A DNA stretch of 64,000 nucleotides from NCBI RefSeq assembly GCF_964355755.1, contig NC_092676.1, positions 9,091,888 through 9,155,887 of the forward strand, read 5' to 3'. This document shows positions 37,646 through 53,000 of the stretch, in pieces; position 1 is the stretch's first letter, and each line of letters begins with the position of its first letter. The translations under genes were made by a program, and so were the position numbers. The DNA comes from Antedon mediterranea. Taxonomy: Eukaryota; Animalia; Echinodermata. The notes below the pieces were generated by a model. The model was not told the DNA's origin. It searched no databases and saw only the letters and a program-made list of their open reading frames with translations.

Positions 37646-39459
37646 TCACAAACTCAGAGGATTTACAATTCTGACTGTAATCGTTGAGTGTTATTTCTTC
37701 AATTAACGGCGCTGTTCCAATATTTAGCTCGTCTTTTTTTATTTCCTTTCATAATCATAGCTTAATTTTCTGAATAGATCAATATTATCAGGAGTCGATG
37801 TTTCAAATGCAAGCCTATCAAAATGACTTCTAAGTTCATCATATGCAAAGCCATAAAAGCTAGAGTTTGTTATATCTAGAATGCTTGGAGCTTTTATATG
37901 ACCATAGCTAGGCCACTGGTTTTCCATTGTTAGCTTTGTTTGAAATTGGGCGGAAAAAGCTTGTGTACTTACTTGAACAATAGAAAGCTGGTGCATCAAT
38001 TGTTCTTGCTTGAGCCTAAGATCCTCAACATGAAAAAACACTTAATATCCTGCTTATAATATTGACTTTGACAATAAAAATTACATCTCCATGTTGAGAA
38101 AACAACAGTTTAGACAATTTATCAGTCACTAGGTGGTAGAAAGTTGAAAACTATTTTATGGAGAAGATTTTTCAATAGCTTTTTTCAAGAGCTTCTTGGC
38201 TTGGCTAAGTCGAAACTGGTTTTAATTAATTAATTTTATCCTAAAAAAGTACAAGATTGCCCATATATTATTAGGCTATCTAGGACCAGGTTCTTTCTAT
38301 GAATATAGGCTAGGCTATATTTATATGTAACTCGGCGTTTACGCCAAAAAAACATGAGCCTGGTTTTTATTTAGTAGGCCTGGCCTAGTCGACAACATCA
38401 TTCCCGCACTTTCATCGTTCATTTTATAAGTTGTCCGTCCTAAATAAGGGCCTAGCTAGGCTTACCTAGCCCATTAAGCCTAGCCTAAATTGTAGTCATC
38501 AGAAAGAGCACTAATAAAAAAAACAGATGCACAATAAGTAATCACAAACTCAGAGGATTTACAATTCCGACTGTAATCGTTGAGTGTTATTTCTTCAATT
38601 AACGGCGCTGTTTCAATATTTAGCTCGTCTTTTTTTATTTCCTTTCATAATCATAGCTTAATTTTCTGAATAGATCAATATTATCAGGAGTCGATGTTTC
38701 AAATGCAAGCCTATCAAAATGACTTCTAAGTTCATCATATGCAAAGCCATAAAAGCTAGAGTTTGTTATATCTAGAATGCTTGGAGCTTTTATATGACCA
38801 TAGCTAGGCCACTGGTTTTCCATTGTTAGCTTTGTTTGAAATTTGGCGGAAAAAGCTTGTGTACTTACTTGAACAATAGAAAGCTGGTGTATCAATTGTT
38901 CTTGCTTGAGCCTAAGATCCTCAACATGAAAAAAACACTTAATATCCCGCTTATAATATTGACTTTGACAATAAAAATTACATCTCCATGTTGAGAAAAC
39001 AACAGTTTAGACAATTTATCAGTCACTAGGTGGTAGAAAGTTGAAAACTAATTTATAGAGAAGATTTTTCAATAGCTTTTTTCAAGAGCTTCTTGGCTTG
39101 GCTAAGACTGTCGAAACTGGTTTTAATTAATTAATTTTATCCTAAAAAAGTACAAGATTGCCCATATATTATAGGCTATCTAGGACCAGGTTCTTTCTAT
39201 AAATATATGCTAGGCTATATTTATATGTAACTCGGCGTTTACGTCAAAAAAACATGAGCCTGGTTTTTATTTAGTAGGCCTAGCCTAGTCGACAACATCA
39301 TTCCCGCACTTCCATCGTTCATTTTATAAGTAGTCCGTTCTAAATAAAAGGGCCTACCCTAGGCCTAGCTAGCTAGGCTTACCTGCCCATTAGGCCTAGC
39401 CTAAATTGTAGTCATCAGAAAGAGCACTAATCAAAAAACAGATACACAACAAGTAATCA
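37646..39459. repeat. 896-bp tandem repeat, two copies
   Basis: Copies start at 37646 and 38542. Confidence 0.95.
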
Positions 39460-40469
39460 ATGATATATCAATAATTTAACACACAAACAGAAAATGAAAC
39501 CAACTTACAGTATGTTTAGAACGGGGCTAAGCTTGCAAACAAATACTGTGTAGGCCTACTACTCTCTCCGCGAGCGTAAACATTATTTAATCCACATGTG
39601 TTCGGTCATAGAGAAAAGTTTACTTTCTATTGACTATGGTTCGGTACGGTCTGATGATTTTGAAGAGCGCCACCAATAATTTAGTAAGTGAGTCAAAAGG
39701 TTGATACGAAGAATTAATAATGTCATTGAATGATATAATAATTGCATAATAATAAAGTAATACTAATTATAATCGAATGAAGAAATGATACATTTATTCT
39801 ATAATATCATTCGTAATAAAAAATATTTACACAATTACGATTATTGACTCATTTAAAATCATGAACGACGCGAGTTGCGAACCTTTCAATTGATTTGATT
39901 AAAAATGACTATAGGAGGCTCCAAATATCTACGAAATATGTTATCCGAGATACAGAACAAAGAATTTGTAAACCAATTGAATATTTTTAATGACAGTAAA
40001 TATGAAAATGTGTGTGTTTATTGGAGTGTGCATATCCATTCAACAGTATCGACTGTAAACATCGTGAGGTGGTTTCCACATTCGTATGATCAAACGGTAG
40101 CCTACAGGGTATGATCAACTAGCGTTCGTGTTCCCACCTATAATCATCCATTCATAGAAGTACTGATGAAGATATCAATCTGTGGCAACAATAGAATGGA
40201 CCCGAGACCTGGCTATCTTCGACTTTAAAATAATAGAAAGTTTTGAAAAATTTGTTTCTAGAAATGTACGTTGTATGATGTATAGGCCTATGTTTATTAA
40301 AAAATTGTTGTAGTTTTCTAAATTACATTGTACAAGTTGCGAAGAGAAAACTGTTATTTGATCGTAAGTTAACGTGTACATAAAGCAAAACTATCCATCC
40401 ATAGGGTCATTTATCTTTTGCTAATTAATCTCCTCTTGCTTGATTGCACTCAAGCAACAATACTACAAT

Positions 40470-41324
40470 TGTAATAGCACAATGGAAGATTAAAAGATAA
40501 ACTAAATCACACAGTACAGTCTAAATACTAAAACAACTAAAACAATTCAATACAAAACTTAATTTAAAGTATTAGATCAGGCATCAAGTCTGCCCAAAAT
40601 AATGATAAAAGTATGCACATCACTCACCTAAAATAGAGAGCCAATATCCTCATTGAGTGCATGGAGGTATACCACCATGTTGAGTGTAATAAAAATAACT
40701 TCAAAACTTTAAGTGTACAAACTGTACAACGTGTAAATATCACAATCTTCTTTAACTTGAATTGTACTTTAAACTTAGTACTCTTTTAGTATACCGTATA
40801 TAATATATATATATATGTCTTTCAGTACTTTCAAATAGGTTCTCGAACTCAACGTTGTTCGAAATGTAAAAGTATATAAAGTTGAAATTTAATTAAAGTT
40901 GGAGTGTCCAGCACGTCCGATGGCAAGAGGCAAAGAGAAAGAAATCTCCCAAAACATACCCTAATGTCATCCAAAATTGTCAAACAAGGTTTACCCCTAT
41001 TGGTCCATTCTTGTTACTAGGCAAAACTCAAGAGGGGTAAATTGACCGATTGGTCAATTCCCAAATTTAGGACCTCCCATTTAAATAGATAAACATGTAA
41101 GAAGATTAAAACAGAACAAAGAGAATTCTTAAAAGGATTAATTAACAAAATGATTAAAACATATGCAGTTCCAAGGAAAAGCAATATAATGCAAACATCT
41201 TAATGCTATATTGATAAACAATCTTGCCCACCCACTGCACCCAGCTGCATTACATTGTAGGTACATTGGAAAATAATAAAAAGTAAAGGAAAAGAAAACA
41301 TGTCTAAAACATGACAGGGTTACA
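40470..41324 (-). mobile_element. LTR, copy at unit 2/3
   Basis: Same termini and PPT as 20824-21679. Confidence 0.72.
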
Positions 41325-43219
41325 TCCTCCCCTAACTTAAATTGCTACCTCCAGGAGCAAAAACACAAAATATCAAACATTACAAGTAGAGTCACCAGTC
41401 AAAGTGGAAAAAAAAAGGATTAAAATCGTATCTGTTTAATTTATCTTGGTGAACAGGAAGTGTGATATAAACTCATTCTGCCTGGACACAATTTCAGTAA
41501 TATTCACAATAACTTTTTCGTTATTAAGTTGATTGCTATAGTCTTGAATTTTTTGAAGAATTATTATAGATTTTTTTGCAACAAAATCTTTCCAGTAGTT
41601 CAAAAGTTATGATAAAATATCTAATTTTTCTGAGATATCCTTGTGGCTATTCTAATTATTACACATACCCCACTGCTCAAATGCATGTTGGCTATTCCAA
41701 ACTTGCTGGCTAGTCTGAAGATAGTACAGTTGGTAGGGATTCTCATAGAGATATTTTCACTATAATATATCTATGGCATTCTCAATGTGTACACATAAGT
41801 AATTAAATAATTCCTTGCTGTTGGAAGTTTATTTTTAATATCAATAAAGTAAATAACAAAATAAAGAATTAGCTATAATTATAACACATTTAAAATGAAT
41901 GCCTTTTATAATTAGTTACCTAAAGTAACTTTACTCCACTTTTTTTTACATATAATATAATAATTTATTTGGAAGCTACACTTTTGAAACAGTGGCACAC
42001 TTCTTGAATGAAGGTGCATCCAGAGTAAGTAAAATAAATAAATATTATTTAACAATAGGCCTATTAGTACAAGAGTCAACTTATTTGACAAAAGAACGCA
42101 TTTCAATTAGTCAATTTACATGTTGAAAAATAATCAAAATATTCATTAAGTACCTAAATATAATTAATAATTAATTTCACTTTAATGTGTTTTTATTATT
42201 CTGTGCCTGCTAATTTTTTAGATAGACAATATAATGAACAAAGAACAGAATCCAATAAACATTAAAGGAAATGAACTAGGCCTACAGACCTATTGTTAAT
42301 TGTAGACTCCTATGAAAAGAAATTTGAAGAACAAAAGGCATAATGGGTGGAAACCATTATACAGAATATAATAGATGATATCAGTAATGTGTAAATGTAC
42401 TGGTGGTGTAAAGAAAGGGTAAAACAAAAAGAGATATCTTTTGATTTGTTAAATCTAGGCCAGTAGGTAGGTAGGTCTGTTACCATGTTTGTTTAAAACA
42501 ATCGCAGGACAGACGATGGACTCGGACAGCCAGGCCCATAAATAAAATAGGGAGAGGCTTAGGCCATTCCTAGACCTAACCGCAAAATAATCAATTAAAC
42601 TCTTAAAAATCAATCTAACCCCAATAAACTGAACTTAAATAATCTTTTCTATATCAGTAAAATTGTGCGTGAACTATAGTCAAAACCCGCTAAAAACTGG
42701 GGCCTGTCGCGTTGCGCCCAATGTTGGTAGCAGGCTACTTATCCATGTGTGTATTATCGTTGACATTTTCGTTGGAGATTTTCAGTGTAGTTTTGAAAAG
42801 AAATGATGTTAGTCTTATACTAATACTAAATTAATTAGATTATTTTACGGAAAATATATTTTTATTAAAATTATAATTTTAATCGCAGAAAATAAATTTT
42901 GGAGAGTATAATATAAATAAAAAGCCTGATTGATAACAAAATAATTGCATCACCTTTTATTTTAACCTTGTGAAATGCGATTGTGTTTTGAAACTATAGG
43001 GTGGGTGTTTTCCAATGTTATTTTTAGTGCGCATATTTTGCTCACCACCGGCATCTGTGCTTATTTTTGAAATACTTAATAATAGATAAAATACATTTTA
43101 ATATATAATAATATAAAATATATATTATATAATATAATTTTATTTATATGAATTTTATTGCGTATTTATTTTAAAATATGCAAATATGCCTCAATTATTA
43201 GTGACAAAGGACAAGGAAG

Positions 43220-45458
43220 CCCGGGTCAAAAACATATTCACACGTCGTCCACGATAAACACATTTTAAATTTAAAACAAAACATAGTAATTATTGTAATT
43301 TTGAATTGGTATAGGTCACATCTTTAAAATATAAGTTTCCTAATAATTATCTTCTAATGATCATGAATTATTATTAAAATAAAATATACATATGTCACAT
43401 GTCGCCCTGCCAAACTAAACTTTATGAAAGGAGCTTTGCGCTGCGTGTGTAAACTCTCCAGAGTCAGGAGAGTTAGCCTGCTAATAGTTAACATATGGTA
43501 AATCAGTTGCTTATACATATACAAGTTAAGCATAGTACTTACAAAATAAGAACATATCAATAGCTTAAACAAACTCTCAACCAAAACTGTAGTAACATAG
43601 CGAGAGCCAACAAAACGAACAAAAAACCCGCTCTGCTTACGCACGGTCTTTTATCACACAGTGTCACCTGTATTCCAATTACAGAATGACTACGCAGCGC
43701 CCTCAATACTCAATTCATCACATTTACATTGGAAGAATAGGGATGGAGCTTTGCGTCCGCAAACTCTCCAGAGTCACGAGAGAGTTAGCCTGCTAAACTT
43801 TACATTGGGAGAATAGGAAATAGAGCTTTGCGTCCGTAAACTCTCCGGAGTCACGAGAGAGAGTTAGCCTGCTAAACTTTACCGGAAGGCGATTGTTTCG
43901 CCTGAACGGTTTTCTATTCAAAGCATACAGGCAAGCATTGCACTGGTAGGTGGGGGAAGACAACAGATAGAACAGCATTCCTGTTCTAAGATCTTGGCTC
44001 TTTAAGGAAATTAAATATACTTTTCTAACTTTCAAAATACGTTATATTTGATGGATTTTTACAAATCAAGGATAAATTTGTATGTTTTAAATACTTCTAA
44101 ACACATTTATCTTGTTTAAAGTGATGAAATATGTTTCTGAAAAAAGTTAGGATATGCTGTAAAAACTTGTAGTAGGCCTACACATGTTATCAGGGATGGG
44201 TTCAACAGACTGTGAAAGTTCAGTAATAGTAGGTTCAACAATAGGTTCAATAATAGGTTCAATATTAGGTTCAATAATAGGTTCAATAATAGGAGTATCA
44301 TTAGGTAAATCAATAATGGGACTTGGAAGAATCTCGGTATCTTCAAAACAAAGTTGAGAAACAGACACAGGCTCAGGGCAAGGTTGGAGGGATCATGGTG
44401 CGGAATCTAAACAAGATTGCGGGATGAGTAGAGGTTCAGAACAAGATTGCGGGATGAGTAGAGGTTCAGCACAAGCCACAGGAGAATCAAGGATAGTGAC
44501 AGAAAGTTTAGGACTGGGTACAGATGATACTGGGGAGTCAACTACAGCTGGCTCTACATCTGTTGCAACTTCACTTGCTTCTTTAACATTACACTCACAA
44601 AAACTGGCGTGACTACAGACTCGATGCTCTCGTCAAAGGACGCATTTACAGGACTACTATCAGTGGAAACATTTCCAGCACTAATATGAGATATATAGCA
44701 GGAGTAGTTTCATGGACAAATTCTTGGGCATCTACATTCAGCGGAAAATGGGGTGAAATGGAAGAAACTGTAAACGTTTCTACAGGGAGTGTGACTGAGA
44801 AGTCTAATGGGACTAGCATTGTAACCTCCTTCTCACTGGATTCACCACTGTCATCATGCTCGCTCTCAGTGACATGAACTTTTGCCTTAGACCGCGTAAT
44901 AGGGCGGTTTATCTTCTGTTTAGTAGGTTTTGCTGGTGGATCTTCTTTGTTTAAATAGTCGATGGGCAGAAGTATGTTTCGATGTAGTGTTCGTAGGCCT
45001 ACTCGACCACTATTTGATTCTGGCTTCACACGGAGTCCCACTGGTCAGCGAGTTTGTGTTTACCCTGTAGTCCCAGATTTCGAATCAACACTCGATCACC
45101 TGGATGAAGATCATTGACTCGTACTTTCAAATCATGTCGAACTTTGTTCTTGCGTGCTGACTTCGCTGCCTCTTCAGATGCCATTTGATAGGCAAGCGAT
45201 AGTTGGTTTCTCAGATCGTTGACGTACTTTATGGGGTCAGCGTTACCAAATCCATCTGGGCTAATTCCAAACCGTAAGTCAACAGGAAGTCTCGTCCGAA
45301 CATCAGAAAATAAGGTGAGAAACCTGTACTGTCATGCTTCATACAGTTGTAAGCATGAACCAAAGCACTGATATAGCGACTCCAGCTTTCCTTCTTCTCG
45401 CCTTCGAGTGTATACCTAACATATTCATTAAAGTTCGATTAAAGCGTTCAGGTTGTGC
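43220..45458 (-). mobile_element. Gypsy integrase remnant, unit 3
   Basis: As in unit 1, plus a 238-bp insertion. Confidence 0.9.
43485..43722 (-). mobile_element. Unit-3-specific 238-bp insertion, LTR-fragment-like, no TSD
   Basis: Absent at the equivalent sites (~2378 and ~23834). The minus strand begins TGTGATGAA. Confidence 0.55.
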
Positions 45459-47027
45459 TAGATTAAACTCACTCACTCTCTTAACTATCTTTTAACTTCC
45501 CAGAGACGAGAAGTGTTTACACCTACTTGTTCATTCCTTGCAAGACATGCTTCCTGATGATGTCATCATCATGTCAACCCAATCACCTGTGTCCTCTGCA
45601 AGTAAAAACGCACTTGATGAACTAGAAAAGGAAATAACTACAAAACTTAAAATTCTAACCGCTCACAAATTTGATGACAAAGTGGAAGAAGTGAAAGATG
45701 ATAAAGAAAAAAAAAACAAAATCTGTAGAAGAGTGGAGGAAAGAGTTTAGACAAGACAAGAATATTTCTTACAAAAAACGCTGCTTGCTTATTTTTATTG
45801 GTAAGGTCAAGTCTGGGGGGTCACTTCATCAAGCCTAGATACTTAGAGTATCCTATTACAAACAAAAACTTCAATGGACTGTTTTGATAATAATTCAATG
45901 ATTATCTGACAGTGAATTATAGTACCCATGTAATATCATGGGACTCATAAATACCAGAAATGCTTTGGGATTTGTTATTAGACTCTTTTCCCAGCCGTTT
46001 TTTGGATTCAATACCTATAAATTATAGTCGAGTTTCCATTTTAACAAAAATGTCAAAGTGTAGTATTATACTGCTGCTTGATTTCATCTAATGAATGAGT
46101 TATCTCGTATGACGTAGCGGGCTAGAGCAGCAGCGTGAAAAAACTTAAAGAAGTGGAATCTTAATAAAAGTGATTGTTGCGAAAAGTGTTGTATAGAAAT
46201 AGAAAGTGAAAAACATATGTTGTACACCTGTAACAGCATTCAATCAGATTTGAGGAAGTTCCGTAAACTGATCGTTAAATGCATTCCGACTAATGAAACA
46301 TTACGGTCAGGTTTCCCCGAATGGTAAGACATAATTATAGGAACTCAGAACACGCTTGTTAATGAACTCATCTCTTTATTTACATTTAGTATTTACAAAT
46401 CTTGCATTATTTATAAAACAAGCAAACGGATTATCACTTGGAATTTATTTAAGATAGAACTATTTAAAAAAATTTAATTAATAAAAGCAATATTATGTTC
46501 AAAATGTAAAACTATACAATTTTATAAAAGTATCCAAACAAAACATAATCTTATAATGCAATATACCATTTTATCATATTTATTTATATTATATCGAATC
46601 TCTTTTTAATACTGAATATCAATCTTTATATCGTTTTAGCTCTGTAATATAAATTTTCTCTGTATACATGTTTGTTTTATCTAGACTTCAACACAATTTC
46701 AAAATATTTTACATAATCTTCCTCTGTCTGTGTAATATCACTTAAATATTCATTGATAAATAGATAGATAGACAGACATATATACTGTAACCTTCACCAT
46801 ATTGTTGTTTATCATTGCAATAAAAGTGGGTTGCCCCCACAAAAGAGAAAAAAAATATATATTGCTGAAATTAAGCCTCAATAAATAATATTGTTGAGAA
46901 GAGGAACACATTTATACAGTATATAACTATATCCCATTTTCATGCATAAAGCAATAGTATCTGCCTCTGAAGCACCACCATCAAGATATTATTTTTTTTA
47001 AATATATCCCATGTATAAGCAATATTA

Positions 47028-50000
47028 TTATCTATCTGCCTCTGACGTCTCCAAGCACCATGAACAAGCATTTTGGAACATTTTCATCCACGGTGACGCT
47101 TGTAATGTCTCCCGCCAATCTTGCGGCATCCATGGCCATTGCCACGTCAAAGTTGTACGCTCTGGATGAGGCATGATCGCCAGATGACGGCCATCTGCGG
47201 AGCAAATTGCCGCTACGCCATTGGGTGAGCCATTGGGGTTCAACGGGTATTCAGTTGTCACTTCTCCTTTGTCATCGACAAAGCGCACTGGTGCAAGATT
47301 TTCAGACAGAACTGTGTCTTTTGTTTCTTTGTTAGAAAACTTCATGTGCCCTAGAGAGAAACAATTTGAGTTGAGTAAATTTAATAACATTTTTAGTTAA
47401 ATTAAAATATAAGTTTGTACTAAGCATCCATCATTATCAAGAGGTATCAATATCTAACCTTCTCCATGCTGTGTCCAGACACCAAGCACAGAGCCTTCCA
47501 TTCCTTTCAGCATTAAAGCAGGGCTTTCATTAATCTTTACAGCAACAAAACGAGACTCAAAACGCTCGGAAAGATTATGAGCAAGATGGACTCCTTGCTG
47601 AGCTGATGCTGCGTCTAAAAGACAATAACAAATAATTCATAATAAACAGTCTGTCAACAAATGGATATCAAAAAGTAGTTAATATTTTCTTTTTACTTGT
47701 CAAAGAGGCATTACCTGCTTTACACCGGTGTCCTACTACCACTAAACTACTTACTAAATATACCTCATGATACCTTACCTGTAGTAAGCTCCTTGGTGAC
47801 ATCTGGAGCAACCCAGCCTAGCAGGCCCATTAGTTGGCAGCCATTGCATACACCCAGTGAGAAAGTGTCTTTCCTTGCTCTAAATGCATCAAACTGAGCA
47901 CGCACAGCTGGGTTGAACAAAATAGTTGCTGCCCAACCTAAAATGATTAATAAACATTATTTAAATAAACTAGAATAAATATTTATTTAGGTTACTATCT
48001 GTCTAATACTAGTATAATACTTGGTTACTGCTCCAGCATGTATTTTTGCTATGCTACAAAAAGTGCAATCAGAAAAATATACCTTTTGCAGAACCACAAA
48101 CGTCTGCAAAACTGAAGCCACCAACAAAAACTAGTCCACGGAATTGATCGAGGGTGACTTTCCCGCAAGCTAAATCTTGCATATTGACGTCCCATGTTTC
48201 AAAGCCAGCCATGTGTAGTGTTGAACTCATCTCTCGATCTCCATTACTGCCTTCCTCACGGATCACAGCAACCTTTGGTTTCATTCCATCTATGGAAGGC
48301 CAATTATGATTATGTATATGGTAACTAATGAGCCAAATTTAACTCGTATTACTTTAACAAATTAAAATTCAGAACAAGATAATCAATATTCCAAAATTGG
48401 TTCTAACCTTTAGAGCATCCCTTTTTAACAGAATTCAAATTTGTTGCAACGGGGTCAAAGGTTAATTTAAATGGTGGTGCTGTTCTATTTGCTAAATTGC
48501 GTTGCTCCACTTCAACACACTCTGGATTTGCTTGTAGTTTTTCCAGTTGAAAACTAGTCTCTTCCCACACGTCTCTAAGAACAGTCATCTTTTCATTCAA
48601 GACTTCTTTCTCATTTACCGAGATGACAACCTATAATTTACATGTAAAATATTCAGATTCATTCTAAAAACCATCATAAATGATAAATGATCGTAAATAA
48701 ATGTTCAAATATTGCTTCCATTTAAAAAAAAAAAAACTTACCATTGACCCTTGACCTGATCCACTAGAGTGACCAATTAGAGAACAAGGGACATTATTGT
48801 CACTGAACTGTCTACAAATGTCCTCACTAGCATTAGCTGTTACTTCTAACACCAGCCCTACTTCTTCAGCAAACAGAATATCAATTGCAGTTACTGAAAA
48901 TAAATATATAAAGTCTTACAATGTATTATTGCTTACCACAGGTTCTGGAACCATATGAAAGATTAAAATGACACTTTACAGATCCATTCGAGGCATTTAT
49001 AGAGATAGCATAATGCTTACCATCAGGTTCGGAAAGTTTGACGTCAATACCACAATTCCCAGAAAACGCCATTTCTAATAATGTTGTTACAATACCGCCA
49101 TCACTAATATCATGACCAGCTGATATTTTTCTATCTACAAAAGGATACAAAAGACAAAGTTGAATTCATATCTCTAAAGCTCTGTCTACACTATCAAACT
49201 TTATGTGATGTGATATGCCCATATATGGACATGATATCATATCACTACCATTTTTGGGCATTTCACTACCCTATTTAGGCGCATCACATTTTTTTGTCAA
49301 ACTAGTTTCATAGTGTAGACAGCGCTTTATATTATAACTACAAGTAAATGAATTTATTGTAAACGTCTAATTAATAAGTCTATGAAAATGACTACCTTTG
49401 ATAAGATTTTGCGTTGTGTTGAAAGCCCTTACAAACGTTTCCGGTTCATCGAGATCAGGCGAGGATTGTCCGAGTTGATTATAGCACTGAGCGAGGGCAC
49501 TACCACCTAACCGGTTATGCCTTTTACCAAATGAAACCCAGAGCAAAGTCCCTGAAATAGAATATGTAAAGTCTTGTTTATAAATATATTATATTTTTTG
49601 TTTGTTTAGGTAGTTAATTTAATTGTACCTAACAAAATGTGCAATGTTATATTCACTTTACCTTTACTGTCTGGACATTTAAGGTCAGGGGTCACAGTTG
49701 CAGTAATATCTGGGCATGCCACATACACAGACACAACCAATGCACCTAAAAAATTGTAATTGATATTTCATTATTAGTAAGTAAATGGAGTAAAGAAGTG
49801 TATTAGTGTATTCAAGCTTAACTTATTAAAATAATTCACAAGATTGTACATCAGACACTATACTAGTTATTAACAAGCATGAAATGTCTAACCTGGAGCT
49901 TTGATCGTTTCAGAGCCTATCCTGGCAGCCATACTCAAAGAGTCCTTCCCACCATCCACAGCAACACCCAACTTGCCCATCACCTCGCACGCATCATACA

Positions 50001-53000
50001 ATGCAGCACCCTCACCAGGAAGCTTCGCTGGCCACATCCAGTTACCGCTACATTTGACATCTTTAAGATCGGAGACCCTAGCAAACACAAGATTGGTAAG
50101 GGCTTCTCCTACAGACATCCTGGCACCACAGCCAGGATCGACTAACCCTTTAATAGGCTGCTCTCCAATGGCTGTAGCTGAGCCTACAGTTTCAAAGTGG
50201 GAGAGTGCGATAACAGCAACATCAGCGAGTGGTGTGTGCAGGGGGCCTACACATTGCTGCTGGGCTATCAGGCCCGTGACAGCACGATCAACCTAACAGA
50301 AACAATATATCCTGGTTATACACTTTCCATATTCCTTCACACAAATAAATTATGCAATATTAAAGATAAACAGATCTTTACCTTATTAGTCAAAAATCTT
50401 TTACTGGCTACTGAAGGTAGACGCAGAACACGGTCGAGTGCACATCGGACAGTCAACCCATCAGGTAGTGTTAACTGCTTAAGTTTTGGTTTACATCGAT
50501 CATACTTGAAAACCTGAGAGAAAAAAAAATATAATTCTATATAATTTTACAGACAGAAAGAGACACTATTATTATAACACATAATTATTTTCAATGGTTA
50601 TTTATGATGAAATCTGTGAGATTGAGAAAAAGTGACCTCAGCTGAGATTTGAACCTGGAATCTTCTGCTTGATATGCAGACATCCTACCATTACACCACT
50701 GATGCATTCATGGTATGGTTCAAACTTATTACCGACACTACTCTACTATCAAGTCTCCATCATACCTTTTGCGGCATCTTCCCAAGAACCCATTCAAGTT
50801 GGAGATCAACTGGATAAGTAAGTGCTGTTCTTTTTATGCTTGGAGGTTCTGCATCACCCTTACCAGCTTCCACTTTCTTTTCCACCTCAAGACGAATCTG
50901 AAACAAAACAAAATATTTTTGTATTGCAAAACTCTTATGCACTCTATCTGTGCATGAAAAGGCATTCTTCAAAATTAGTAACACTGTAGTATTTAAATGT
51001 GTTTTTTCATACTTATCCCACAGTAAGCACAAACTTGCCAATTACAGGATGGATAAAATATTTTATAGTTTATCGTGCTTATAAACTAAGTTTTATTTCA
51101 GGCTTAGGGAGTGAAGTTGAAAGAGTCGTGAGTTACAAACCTTGACCTTGGAATTGGAAGGCAAGCATGTTAAACCACCAAGCAACAGCTCCACTAAAAA
51201 AATTTAGAATAAAGTAGGTAAAAAAAATCATCCAAATATTACCTTCCCATCACCTGTAATGTCACCAACAAAAACAGCTGGACATTTCTCTCTGTCACAA
51301 ATATCTTGAAGTTTTTCTTGATCCTCAGATCGTATTAGTATGGCATTGGACTCCTGGTATTCTGCACCCCATAGTTCTAAGGTGTTGATGGTTGGATCAC
51401 CTAGTTGGAATTCCTTAGCTTTTATTAGAGCACCTGCAGGTTCACATATCTCCTTTAAAACATTACCTGTACACAAAAAAATGATTTAATTGGTCAGATG
51501 TTAGCCATAGTTTGACATAAAAATAAGTACATTTGTCTGACAAAGTGTCCCCTTAATAGGGATGTCCCAAATGAGGGGTGCTACTGTACTTAGTAAAATA
51601 ATAAAAATAAGCACATTGCATGCAAACTCACCATTGCCTCCAGCTCCTTGATCATGTATACTACATATAGGGTTTGTATCAACCATCTCAATGCACGCCC
51701 TTATAACTCGGTTTAGTTTCTGTTCCATCTCCGCATCACCGCGCTGCACGGCTTCGAAGTCCAGTTTTTCTGTATTGTCACCTTGAACTTGAATGGAAGA
51801 TGCAGCGCCCCCACCGACTCCGATGCGATAGATTGGTCCACCAAGTTTTACAATTTTCATTCCTGCATGGTAAACAATTATTCATCAGTCAATAATTAGT
51901 TTTCAATGGAGAAATAAAAACAAAATATTTTATCAGGTTACTATAATCTTATTTTATATGACAGACATATAATATCTATGTGGAGACAACAATAATAAGA
52001 AGTACAGTATTTTTTATGGTGTTGTATTTAGTTTGTTTAACAAACCTTTTTCTGCTTCGTCTTTAGTCGCATGCATACTCTCAAGCATCCCAATACCCCC
52101 GCTGAACATAATGGGCTTGACCCACTCTCTTCTGTCGCTCTCAGAAAGCATCATGCCAAATGAACGAGAGAAACCGGTTAGAACGGGTTCACCAAACTTG
52201 TTGCCGTAGTCAGATGCACCGTTGCTGGCCTCTACAGCAACCGACAGAGCAGGCGCCATGTTGCTAGGATAAACCATATTTTTGTCCTCCCATGGAAGGT
52301 CATACCCTGTTTAAACAAATGTTCAATCAATGATAATAAATAATTAATTACACTGAATATATAACATTTATAAAAAGCAAAATTATGTAATTAAGCAAGC
52401 AATTATGCCTGTTCACTGCATGCGTTACTTAATATCTTTCATCCCATACTCTATTTATACATATAAGTGCCAGTAAATGAATATCTTTTAATTGTTGTTA
52501 CTTTGCAAATCTTTGATAAGGTTTATCCTTTATATTTGTTATGTTTTATTTTCTGTTATATTTGTATTTATTTTGATTTTTGAGCGAGTAAAGTCTGACA
52601 TCAATTTTCATAAGGACTACAAAATCTAATTTTTAGATTTATATAATTTACCTGGAATGTTCAAATTTCCAAAACAGTAGCCTGCAGTGCCAGCCACTAC
52701 ATGTGCCCCCTTCCCTGCAGCCTGAACATCACGTATCCTACCCCCAGTACCAGTTGTAGCCCCTGGGAAAGGTGCAACCCCAGTTGGAAAGTTATGGGTC
52801 TCTGCTGTGAAGATGATATGCCTGAGTGGTTCAGATTCCTCCATCACACTTGCTGACCCGGGATTGGCTGGTTTGAGAACTTTGACCTTATGGCCTTTGA
52901 TTGCACTGAAAATCAAGTAAAGTCATCAAAGTGAGAAAAAACAGACAACATTTAAAGCTCCTACTGTCCCCAAATATGGTAGTGATATGACATCATCATA

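Larger units (their letters stand above)
21431..41075. repeat. Unit 2 of tandem amplicon (19,645 bp)
   Basis: Colinear near-identical copy. It is shorter mainly because the foldback left arm is deleted and it has one fewer 896-bp sub-repeat. Confidence 0.97.
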
